DNA of 64,000 nt, from assembly GCA_013239625.1 (NCBI GenBank), contig MU054212.1, positions 6,732,270 through 6,796,269 of the forward strand, in the 5' to 3' direction. The notes beneath the pieces are model-generated. The model made no database searches. It was not told where the DNA came from and saw only the letters and a list, made by a program, of their open reading frames with translations. Below are positions 35,626 to 47,060 of this stretch, in pieces (the first letter of the stretch is position 1; every line of letters begins with the position of its first letter). Origin of the DNA: Lama guanicoe. Lineage: Eukaryota. The translations under genes and the position numbers were made by a program.

Positions 35626-38600
35626 TGAGGCGGACTTTCGAGAGACTTCCTAACAGTCATGTTACTACAGCTGTGATCTCCACACTCAGAGTTCTTTGAA
35701 CCCTACCACTCGTCTTTGTCATAGCCAATATTAACAAGGCCCAGTGCTCTTTCCTAGGCACTTCCATCTTTTCACAGCTCCATGAGGCTAACAGATCCCC
35801 ACTGTAGTGGCATCAGTACACAAAGTCTTCTGAATCTTCGTTGTATTCCCATGAACTCAACTTCATGCCAAGCAAGCCTTGGACTTGTGCTAAAACTACG
35901 CACGGTAACCATGGAACTGATCAATTAGGGGGTGTCCCTCACGAGGTGCATTGTGATGACAGTGCAGACAAAATCAGCAGGATCTGGGCCAAAATAACGA
36001 GGCGGGAATGCCTCAGAATGCTAGCCGCCTTCTACAGGCTCAGTTTTTGATGTTAGGAGCCTAAGTGAAACTCATCTCCCTTCTCCCCCAGGGTTGAGTT
36101 TTAAGAGCACAACAAATGTAGATGTTCATTAAATGACTTAAGTAATCTATGGGAAGAGGAAGGGAGAGGAGGAAAAGGAACCATACGTTATTCAAGTTTC
36201 AGGAACCTGGAAAGGTCAGGAGGTAGGACAGGTGAGAATTAGTAACGATGATGTTGACGGTGCTGATGATACGAGAGAAAATTATTCACCGGTATGTTTT
36301 AACATACCGGTTTTAGCAGGTGATTACCTGCTCATTTTTGACTTAAGAGTTTTCCTTCTGGGGGATAAGATGCATTTAAAGTGTTAGCCTTTGGTTTCCA
36401 CAAGGTACACGGCTGGCCCTGTATGGCTGTGGGGGTTAGATGCACCAGGATGAGAACGGGGCCGAGGTACCTCTCGCCCTCTGTTGCCCAAAGGAACATG
36501 GGGAACAGGCTTCCATGTGAACACACACGCCTCACGGAATGAGTTCATTTTAGCTGTCAGCCATGGAGTGTCCAAGAATCTCTGTATGCACGCCACGTCG
36601 CCAGCAGGACGCCCACCCACCTCCACCGGGGATGAGAATCCCCAGTGGGGGAAAAGGCCGCTTCCGAGTGAGTGAAGCAGCTGTTGTTCTGCACAGATGT
36701 GTCAAAAGCACAAGTAAATTTCTCAGCACCAATTGGCGGTGTCATGGTCAGTGAAGTACTTTGTGGTTTTTATGTGGTTTGGGGAGAAGAAACTGGTTTT
36801 ATGAGGTTTAAGCTACAGAAAGAAAACTGTATCTGGAAAGGAAGCCCTTGGTTAGAATTTATTTTTTGCTAACGGTAGAATTTGTGTCTGTGACGTGAAA
36901 GGTAGGGTTGAGTGAGCTATGTATGCATCTTTGAAATTTTAAAAACTGGTTTGTTGTCTTTTAGGTACATTTTCTTAGCAATTAAATGAGTATGAATATG
37001 CTAAATGAAGTTGAAGAAAAATGCATCCAATTTTGTCATGATATATTTCTATTACACAAAATATTATGTGAAATATTGCCATTTCTTAAAATAAGACTAA
37101 AAATCGAACAGGTGCAGTTTTCCCAATGCAAAGACATATAAACTGTACACCATTGGGCCACGAAGACCAATGATGAACAGATTACAGATCAGATTTGTCA
37201 GACTTCTGGGGAAAAGCTTTCATTCAGTTTCATACACTATCAAAGCAGTGACCCCTTGGTCACAGAAGCCCACGCCCCAGGCCCTGCACATACAGGGACA
37301 CGGAAGCTGACGCTCATCTGTCTCTTCCCTGTCTTTCTGTTCTTTCACCGCCCTGTGTGGTTCTGCCACCCACAAGTGTGCACGTCTTGCTTTTCTGTCT
37401 ACTCCACCCAAGGACCACAATCAACAGGAAGGTATTTTCCCAAATGAATACTCATAAAGATTCCACAAGATCTTCCCATCATACAACCTCTGAGTGTTTT
37501 TCTTCCTTTAAAAAAAAAATTAAAAAACTCCTTTAATTTTATTTTCCCTGTATTCTTAATTATATTAAATACCCACATATTCTTTCCTTGAGTATTCATT
37601 TAGAAAGAAGGTTTTGTAATAGTCACATTTAATTTATCAGGGTGCAATGATTTGTGTTTCCCAATCATCTTGCTGACTTCGGTTCATTATACTATTGTTT
37701 CACATGAGTAAGTTAGCAAAGTTTGGATTGATTGACTCTAATTAACTAAAACTGGTTCCAGGCTGTGCATCTATTGTCATGGTAGCTAGTCGCAAAGCCC
37801 TAAACTGCACGGCAGTGGTGATGGAAGGTAAGATTTGAAAACTGGAGATAATATGTAACCTTGGGCTTATCCCTCTTTGGGAGACAAACTTAAAAAAAAA
37901 AAAGGTTAGGGAAAGGGAAGGGAGAGGTACTAGGACAGCTTTAAGGACACTTGGGAGTATAAACTGGAGTTTTCAGTACATTCGCTTTTTTTCCCTCCTG
38001 TCCAGAGATAACCACAGACGTGTTGACTTACAAACTAATTCCAAGTTCAATAGCCAGAAGACTAAAGATTTTAAGAGTTTTGGAACCATGAAGAAATGAA
38101 ATACACTTGTTGACAAATAGTCCAAGATCCACCAAAAAATTAATGGGGAGACCTCCATTTTGGCAGAGGAAAGCTTTCTATAAAGTACTCACAGAAAAGT
38201 AGGATTGTTTGAAATTTAATCTCTTCTCTGTTGCTGATTTTTATAGTCAATAATGATCTTTGCCTGAGATAACAGGGTTTTTTGACAACTGGAAAAATGA
38301 TTGCATTTACGACCTGCAGGCATGAACAAACACCACCCTTGCTCTTCAGTGCTGGACAGGAATCAGGTTAAAACCTGCAGAGCAGAACGCCACAGTGAGA
38401 TTCATCAGTGAGTTTCTAGCGCTCCTGTGTCAGATACTGCAGCTCCTGTTGCTTCTCCTAAAGCACCAATTAGGATGGATCTCCCCCTGTTTGATTGCTG
38501 GCGCCCACTTTTCCACTTCCGTACCCTTCATTTTAAAGCTTCTGGCCTCTCTTTTCTCTGTACCTTATCAACTGAGCTGTCTTCCCCTTCCATCTTTTAT

Positions 38601-38911
38601 TTCTTACCACGTTCAACAGAATAGCCTTTACGTCCTGAAAGACAGATGACGTGAATGTTTAGCTCGTATGCTACAGAGCCTTGAATGAGAAGTCTTCCAT
38701 CAGAGTGGAGGAAACGCCAGAAGCATTTCCACTTTGACCACATGCTCCTTCCTTTGCACTGTGCTGAAGTCTTTCTGGAAACTGAAGACAGGCAACTTTT
38801 ATGTCGGTCGGTGTCTTCTCTAGGTAATTTTCTCAATTTCTTTGAATGTTTTGTGGCCATTGTGGACAGGTGAGAAAGGATCAACTTCCCAATGTTACAG
38901 TGAAAGGTGCC

Positions 38912-39082
38912 TGTATTAGTTAGGATTTCCAGAGAAACCAAACCAACAGGGTCTCTCTCTCTCCCTCTCCATATATATATACACACACATATCTAAAAAC
39001 ATTCTCACAGAAACACCCAGAATCACTTTTGATCAAATATCTGCACACAGTGTCCCAGCCAAGTTGACACAGACACATCACA
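38912..39082 (-). mobile_element. MLT2-type (ERVL) LTR, internally deleted (~170 bp)
   Basis: Both termini present: tgtattagttaggatttccagagaaacca... and ...cacagaaacacccagaat...ccagccaagttgacac...atcaca. Confidence 0.8.
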
Positions 39083-40954
39083 GAGCATAAGGCTCACCTA
39101 AAAGCAAGCGCTGAGGAGCCAGAGAAGACAAGGGTGAGGAAGGACAGTGAACAACTTTGTTTTCGAAGAGAGAAAGGAAAGCATATGACTACTGATTGAT
39201 TCCTCACAGGTTTTGAAGTATTTGAAATAAGCAACCACACAAACGTGGTACACACAGCACACATCTGTCTTTCTTCTTGAATAGCCTAGTAACAAGGCGT
39301 CCTCACACCGTCTTGTTCTCGAGTGCAGGTAGGGGTCACGGTAGTTCCGAAGCACCGACACCAGCCCCGACGTGGGGAAATGACAGACGTAAAGACCCTG
39401 CTCAGACTCCTTCCTCTAACTCCCTCTACTGGCTGAGCAGGTCACTACATACGTCTCTCCCAGAGAACTTCTGACCTGCCCTTCTCTCTAGAATTCAAAA
39501 TGACAGTCCAAAAGGTCTCAGCCATGTTTAGAATTCCCACCTCCTTAGCACCAGTTACAACGGACTCACTTCTTACCAAAGAGAAAGCAGTTATCACATC
39601 CCTTGCTAATAAAATATTTGTCTTGACATCTTCAGATTAAACAGGAAGCATCCTTTAAGCCCCTACTATGTGCCCAGTACAGAGGAGAAAGCAAAGGAAG
39701 AATCAAACATAGCCCTTGCCTATGAGAGTTTAAAACTGGGGGCGGGGGGAAGCAACTTTGATACATACCAAATAAACAGAATACATTAAGTTATTAGTGG
39801 GAGTCTCAGACAATGAATTCTGTCAGAGTTCATAATGGTGGACATAAATACGAGATGGATTGGCTACCTATTTCTATTGCTTTATTTGAACATAAGTTGC
39901 AAACATTGAGGGATATTGTTTAGATCGATTGTGTCAAGAATTAGCTCATTCTTATTCAATTCACTCTGGTTTCTCTCAATGATTGTATGTTTTCCCAGTG
40001 TCTGTTTATCAATTTACTCAATTTAGTAGTCAAGTTTATCCAAATCATACGGAAACATCTAAGGATGGATTTTTGATAGAGGAGGCTACTTGGAGCTTTT
40101 GCTTGTAAAACAGAATGCATCTTTATACTTGTAAACTCTTAGGTTACCTTCTGAGGGAGCAACCCATTTTTTTTTCTCCAAAGATTATAACTGTCATTAT
40201 TAGATGAATTCCTAAAACGATTTTTATCAAAATTCTCCTCTAGCTCTTGTTACAGAAGAAAAACAGACCACGTTTGAAAATTGTATTGGATGAACTCTGC
40301 CTCTCTAAGAATTTTTGGAAATCTGAAATTATTCTGGGTCACCTGAGAAGGCAAACTGATCTCAGTAGCCTGGAGTTGTTCAGTCCCTACTCAGCACTGG
40401 AAGGAGCTGGTGGCATAAACAGTTTCAGGGAAACTGATTCCGACCTAAAGGGCAAGAAAGTTTATTGAGGAGCCTCGGTCCTCAGAGGGAGTCAGAGTAA
40501 TACGGAAGACATCAAGATCATAGCTGAAATATGCCAAGGCTGAACCTGGAAAAAAGCAGTACATGTCAATCTGAAGGGCGAACAAAATGAAACCAGTACT
40601 GGAGAATGAGAGTACAGGGCTACAACAGGGTGGGGTTAAATGTGAGGCGGAGTCAGGGAGAGTAGCTCAGAACTGAGATTCTGAAGGGGGGCTATGCACT
40701 GGCATAGTTGTAGCAGCGGGATGGGAAAGCAGCTTAGCATACTCCATCTGGATGAGCTAGCCAGGCAGGATGTGGAGCCAGACTCCAAGCCAGCTTCATG
40801 CTCGCACCCTTCTAGTGACAGATACCCGACAAGACTATGCCTTCTAATTCTTTTCTTTATCTGGAAGGTGAGACATTGAATTTGAGATGACACAAAATAG
40901 ATCTGTTGATTCTCATTAAAATCAGAGAATGCTGGAGAGGCAGTGACCTTAATG

Positions 40955-41118
40955 CTTTGCTCCTCCAAGTGTGGCCCACAGACCAGAAGCATATGAATCA
41001 CCTGGGAACTGGTGGGAGAGGCAAAATCTCAGGCCCCAGCCCGATCTACTGCTCAGAATCTTCAGTTTACCAAGATTCCTAGGTGATTCACGTGCACATT
41101 CAAATTAAGAAACACAGA
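40955..41118 (+). mobile_element. MER5A hAT-Charlie MITE
   Basis: aagtgtggcccacagaccagaagcat..atcacctgggaactggt...ctcaggccccagcccgatctactg...aggtgattc...tgcacattcaaatt. Confidence 0.85.
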
Positions 41119-41119
41119 C

Positions 41120-41680
41120 ATTCTCCCATCTATAACACCACTCACAGACAGTTATCTAGTGCCTAGTTATAAACCCACCAGGGATGTAGAGTTCACAGTT
41201 TTTAGAATCACCGTGTTTGTTAATAAATTTTTCAGCTGTTAGAACTTAGCACAGTAACAAAAAAATTACATTTGATCAATAAACATTGAATGAATAAATG
41301 AATGAATGAACGAAATGTTTCACCTTGAACTGAAAGTATTTGTCCAAAAATTATTTGGACTAGCTAGACAATATATAAGTGTTTTCCATAGTCAATCCTG
41401 AAGTTAAGTAAAAAAGACTTGTTTCATATAGACCTCTGTTTTCTAGGCTTAATGTGTCTGGTTCCTTCAACTACTTCTCATGTGTCAAGATGTGTAAGTT
41501 CCTCACCAGCCTTGATACCTTCTCCTGGCCACAGGTTGGACTCCAAGCGCCCCTCATAAGAGTACATGATCCAGCAGTAAACTTGTCCCCAGACATGCTC
41601 TGAGCAGCGCCAGGTACAAGGAACACAAGCCAATGACATTTCTCTGCTTCTGCTCTGGGCTTTTCTAATTTAGTAAATTG
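41120..41680 (-). mobile_element. L3/CR1 LINE fragment (with a short L2-like tail at ~41245-41312)
   Basis: ttctaggcttaatgtgtctggttccttcaactacttctcatgtg...cctcaccagccttgataccttctcctgg...ccagacatgctctgagcagcgccaggtaca resembles reverse CR1/L3 consensus. Confidence 0.65.
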
Positions 41681-42479
41681 GCTGTCACATCACTAAAAAT
41701 AGGAAGTTTGAACTTGGGCTCCTTTTTTTTTTTGGTCTGAGGTTATTTTGCTTACCACAAACGAAGGCCACAGAAGCTAAATATATGTCTACTTGAATGA
41801 TGACTTTATAGCAATAAAATGAGCCCACGGGGGCTAATGACTCTGTAATCAGCTTTTTCAACCACTTTTTATATTGGGCATAATTTTCTCTCTCTCTGAG
41901 AAATTCTACATCATTTATCACTAGACTAACGTGAGCAAAAGGGAAAAGGCATGAACAGAGAGATTAGAGGCCACCGCCTGTCTGCTATTAAATCATAACA
42001 GGAAATTTGCCTGGAGGAGATTGTTCCGTTTTGGACACTAGGTAGAGTAGACGCTCATGTTCCTTTTAGTTCAGAATGCTTATTTTGGCCTTGGTTTAAT
42101 AAAACAGGTTTTAAGAAGAATATATTTTGTTTTTAGTTAAAAAATGATCAACATGATACTAGCTCGGGACCATTTTTAAAGTTTCTTTTCTTGTTCTCTA
42201 CCACCTCCTGGTTGCCATCAAGGGAAGGGTATCACCTCCTGTTGACTTGCTTGAAAACTGATCTTTGGCAGATCTGAGGTCACTCTGTTGCGGGGCGGGG
42301 TTATAAGTCCATTACGATGTGCTGTGCTGCAGACAACACCAGATGAGTACCACTTCCTTTCCTACTTAGTAACATCAACTTACTTAGATTCTCCTTCCCC
42401 TACTTGAAGCTCCATGGGCGGCTATTTCTTTTCTGGAGTCCACTGCTCTTGGGCCTCGTTCACAGCCTATTTTCACTGA

Positions 42480-42780
42480 ATGTCCTCTGCTTATGCCTCC
42501 AAATCCACTGCCCACCAGTCTCCCGGCTGTCTGCTTTGGAAGGCTGAGCCGCACAGATCACATCAATGGGTCTCCATGCCCTCTCTCTCCCCTTACCCTT
42601 TCTGTCTAGATGGGGAAACAGCTCCAGTTCTGTTAGCCCAGGATTTCTGCACCACCACTTACGGGTCCTCTGCCTCACACTCATGTCTTGCCATCGCTGC
42701 TTTGTGTGTAAACTGTCCTTGAATTATCCTAATTTGATGGCACCACCTGTTTCTTTGTCCTCTTATCCTGGATGATTACA
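42480..42780 (+). mobile_element. LTR33-like ERVL LTR
   Basis: ggaaggctgagccgcacagatcacatcaatgggtctccatgccctct...taaactgtccttgaattatcctaatttgatggcaccacctgtttc...tgattaca. Confidence 0.6.
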
Positions 42781-43249
42781 ACACCTATTCATTCATTCCC
42801 TCATGGTTTATTTGTTCCATTTTTTTGGTGTTTACTTAATTATTTATTTATATAGCAAATACTTATACATTACTACTCTTTACTAATCATTCTACTACAT
42901 TTCTTTAGAGCTCCATTCTTACCAAATTGTCCTTATCTTAGTTGCACCACAACCTACTGGGATAAAGGTCCATAATTGGGAGACAGGTACCACCAGGCAT
43001 CTCAGGAGATGTTTGTTACTCTTGGGATATGAAATAAGAGCCTATCTTTATATCAAGCCAGCTTTTTTTTTTAATTCACTTAGGCCAAAATATAAGTAAC
43101 AAATTTAATTGTTTTACATCAAAAGACTCATACAAACAGCAGATAAGAGTTGTTCTGTTGCCAATAACTGAGTTGTCCATTCATCTTTCACCTCAATTTT
43201 TTGGACCAAACAGGGTTAATCCCAAGAATGCAAAGGTTTTTGGATTTGA

Positions 43250-45430
43250 AAATCCAAAAAAGAGAATCCTAATGATCATCTTACTAGAAAAATCCAGAGA
43301 TCATTCATTAAGGAAAAACAAAAAACACCATAGGAAACCAGCATTAGAAAGGAACTGACTCAATCTGATGAAGGCATCTATGGAAAACCCATAGCTAACA
43401 ACATACTGAACGATGAAGGACTGAATGCTTTCTCCCTAAAACTAGGACAGGACAAAGACGCCCACTTTCACTGGTTCTATTCAGCACTGCACTAGAGATT
43501 CAGCTCAATGCAACAAATCAAGGGAAAAAAAGAAAAGTCATCCAGATTAAAGAGGAAAAATGACTTTTATTCGCATTTCTATGTGATTGTTTGTGTACAA
43601 AATCACATAGGATCCACAAGAAATCTAAATAATAAATGAGCTTGGCAAGATTGCAGAATGTAAGATTTATGTGCAAATGTATTTGTATAGACTAACAATA
43701 GACTCTTGCAAATTAAAAGTTAAAATGTCTCATGGACTATGGTATAGCACAAAGATATAAAAGACTTAGAAATAAATACATAATAAATAAAATACGTGAA
43801 AGACCTGTGCATTAAAAGTATGCAACATCGCTGGGGGAAATTAAGGACAATACGTAAATGTACTGTTTTCATGAGTTGAAAGACTTAACATTCTTTAGAT
43901 ATTAGCCCTCCCCAAATTGATCTATAGATTCAATACAATTCCAGTCAAAATCTTAACAGGATTTTTTCCCCCTTTTTTGGGGGGGAAAAATTGACAAGCT
44001 GATTTTGATACTTACATGAGATAAAGAAGAACAAAGTCAGCGGGCTGACACTTTTGATTTTAAGACATATAAAGGTACAGCAATTAGGGCAGTGTGCTAT
44101 TGGCATCAAGACAGACAATAAAATAATAAAACAGATTAGAGAGTCTATGGACAACAGATTTTTGATAAAGGTGTAAGGGCAAGTCAGTGGAGAAAAGATG
44201 TTCTTGTTAACAAGTGGTGCTGGAAAAATTGGATATCTACATGTAAGGAATGAACTTTGAGCCAACCTTCTTACCATAGACAAAAAATAAGTCAAATGGA
44301 TGATGAAGCTACCTATAAACCTTAAAAGTAAAACTTCTGGAAGAAGACAAAAGAGAAAATTTTTGTGACTGTGACTTAGGAAAAGACTTCATAGACATGA
44401 CAAAAAAAAAGGAGGATCCATAAAAGAACATCCATAAAATTGATAACTTACACTTCATTAAAATTAAAAACTTCTGCCCTTCAAAAAACACTGTTAATGA
44501 CTAGCCACAGACGGGAAGAAAATATTTGCAAAGCTTCTATTTGTTACAGAATTGAATCTAGGATAGATGAAGAACTCTAGAATGCAATAAGAAGAAGATA
44601 AACGCCCCAATTAAAATGGACAGTTCACCAAGATATGTGGATGACATATAACCATATGAAAAGACGTTCAGCAACACTCAACTTCAGGGAACTGCGAGTC
44701 ACAAGCACCACAAGATGCCATTATACAACTATCAGAATGGCTAAAATTTCAGAGGTTTACCATACTAAATGTAGACAAGAATACAGAGGAACTATAACTC
44801 CCTACACTGGTGGGCACACAAAATGGTACACCCACTTTGGACAACTATTTGGCTGGTTCCTTAAAAAGTTAAAATGCATACCTATCATATGATCCAGCCA
44901 TTCCTCTCTCAGATATTTACCCAAGAGAAATGAAAACATACCAAGAATTGCACATGAATATTCATTCATAGCAGTCTTATTTGTAACAGCCCAAACTGGA
45001 AATAACCCAACTGTTCATGAACAGATGAATAGATGAACCAATTTTTATATATCCATACAATGGAGTTCTGCAGCCAAGAAAAATAATGAACTATTAATAT
45101 ACACAAAACATGATGGATCTCAAAATAATTATGTTGACTGAAAATCTAGACAAAAAAGAGTAAATGTTGTTTGATCTCATTTATATAAAATTCTAGGAAA
45201 TGCGAACTAATTTATGGTGACGGAAAACAGATGGGTGATTTCTTGGAGGCAGGGTAGGGGCAGGGGGTGGGGAGGGGCTTGTGGCTTACAAAGGGGCCAA
45301 GGAAATGCTGGGGCCACGGATATGTTCATTAGGTTGACTGTGATGATGGTTTCATGGGTGTATGCTATGTCAAAAAATTCAATTGTACGCTTTAAATATG
45401 GCTCTTTATGTTGATCAAATGTCATTAAAG
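43250..45430 (+). mobile_element. Old L1 (L1MC/MD/ME-like) 3' ~2.2 kb, decayed ORF2 + 3'UTR
   Basis: RT-region DNA (ctcaatctgatgaaggcatctatggaaaacccatagctaac...gactgaatgctttctccctaa), ORF 44635-44892 remnant (HMKRRSATLNFRELRV..TTRCHYTTIRMAKI) and a 3'UTR ending gtgatgatggtttcatgggtgtatgctatgtcaaaa...ttgtacgctttaaatatg. Confidence 0.9.
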
Positions 45431-46834
45431 AGAGAGGAAGGGGAGGGAGGAAGACAGAGAAAGGCCACGCCCAGGTAAGTTCTATGCTTTAGAAAGAGGA
45501 TGATGGTAGTTCTGAGACTGAAACACAGGTTCTCTGCATCCTTACAAAGCAGCCCTGGGATGTGAGCAGCTTCCATAACTCATTTCCTCCCTCCTCTCCC
45601 CCATTTTTCCCTACTTTCCTTTCCTCCTTCGTTCCTCACTGCCATCCCTCCTTCATTTCTTCCTTCCATTGTGAGACTTAAAATTACACTTTACCCTAAG
45701 AGTTAGTAAAGACTTAATAATTTCTGAAAATAATTCTATAAATCCCTTAGGACTGCAAGTGATACCTCAGCACATGGAATAGCAGGAGAAAAGGAAACGG
45801 AAAAAAGATCAGTTGTGCTGCATTAGAAATGAACACTTGGGAGTGGAGACAACAGAGGACAGACAAGAGAGAACTGGTAACAGGCACGTGGCAACATCAC
45901 TGAAGACTTCTCTGCCCTGGCGATATCTAATATTCAACTGCAATTGCTTGTGTTGGTGTCGCTGTGATAGAAAAACCTCTCTGTGGGAAAGCTGTTTGGC
46001 AGGACAGAGGAAAAGGAGCAGCTGTCCGTGCAGGGCACGGAAGCTGTAGGCAAGTATGATCAAGAAGGAATTGTAGCTAGAGGCCTCCCTGGCAATTTCG
46101 GGGATGGCGTTGGATTTTCCACCAGAAATGAAGTCAGCACTCAGGTGATACCTGGATGACACGTTCTTCTCTATTATTTATTTTTTTTATCTGCTATGTG
46201 CCAGTAAGTATGTTGAGGACTGGGAATCCAGAGATGAGTAAGATATGGCCTTGTCCTCTCACAGCTCTCACGCATGTTAAATTAAAAAAAAATCACAATA
46301 TGATATAATGAGTATGATGACAGTGGTAACTTGAGGTTAGTGGGTGGACTTGCTCCAGAATTTCCACATGGGGTGACCTTATGATAGCCATGTGGCTGCA
46401 ATGGTTGTGACCCTGAAGCAAGCTCTCATTCTCTCTCTCGAGTACTTTACATGTAAAGAGCTATATAAAACCATAATAAAATGATACAATTAAAAATAAT
46501 ACAACAAAATGTCCACTATCGACATCAAATAATGTCAGATAATAAGATTTCTGAGGGTGCTGAAGCCCTGGCACCCCACACATGCATTGGTACCCCTGTG
46601 CCTGAGGTGGCATGGAGACAGTGTCCAGGATGGCTCCCCCAATTCCCCATGCAGTAAGTGATGTTGGAAGATTCGTGGGAGCTCGTGGGGCAGACACCAC
46701 GGGGCAGGGTCTTCTGCACAGAGTCCAGGCCAGTCTGACAGTGAGAGACTTCCTGTTTGTGAGCTTCTGCTTGGAAACTAGGATTCACAGACATCATGAC
46801 AAGAACTAGATGGTTCACTGTCTTTTCTCTCTAG

Positions 46835-47060
46835 CTGTTGTGGGACAGGGGGAAGCATACAGAATTTGGAATATGATCCAAAATTCACCTCTGCCCCATC
46901 TATATGTGGCCTTGGGCCTTAGGTGAGTAATTCAAAGTCTCAGTTTTTTTCATTTTTACTAAGAGGAGAAATAACACTTTCTTGGCAGAAATTGTAGGAT
47001 CAGAAACAGTATATTTTAAAAATATATAGCACCTGGTGCCTAGGATATATGTAATAATTT
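46835..47060 (+). mobile_element. MIR SINE
   Basis: ctctgccccatctatatgtggccttggg...tctcagtttttttcatttttact...tagcacctggtgcctag. Confidence 0.65.

Noticed and set aside
45971..46145. Protein-looking open stretch KNLSVGKLFGRTEEKEQ...PEMKSALR
   Set aside because: Weak splice sites, no start context and no recognisable homology.
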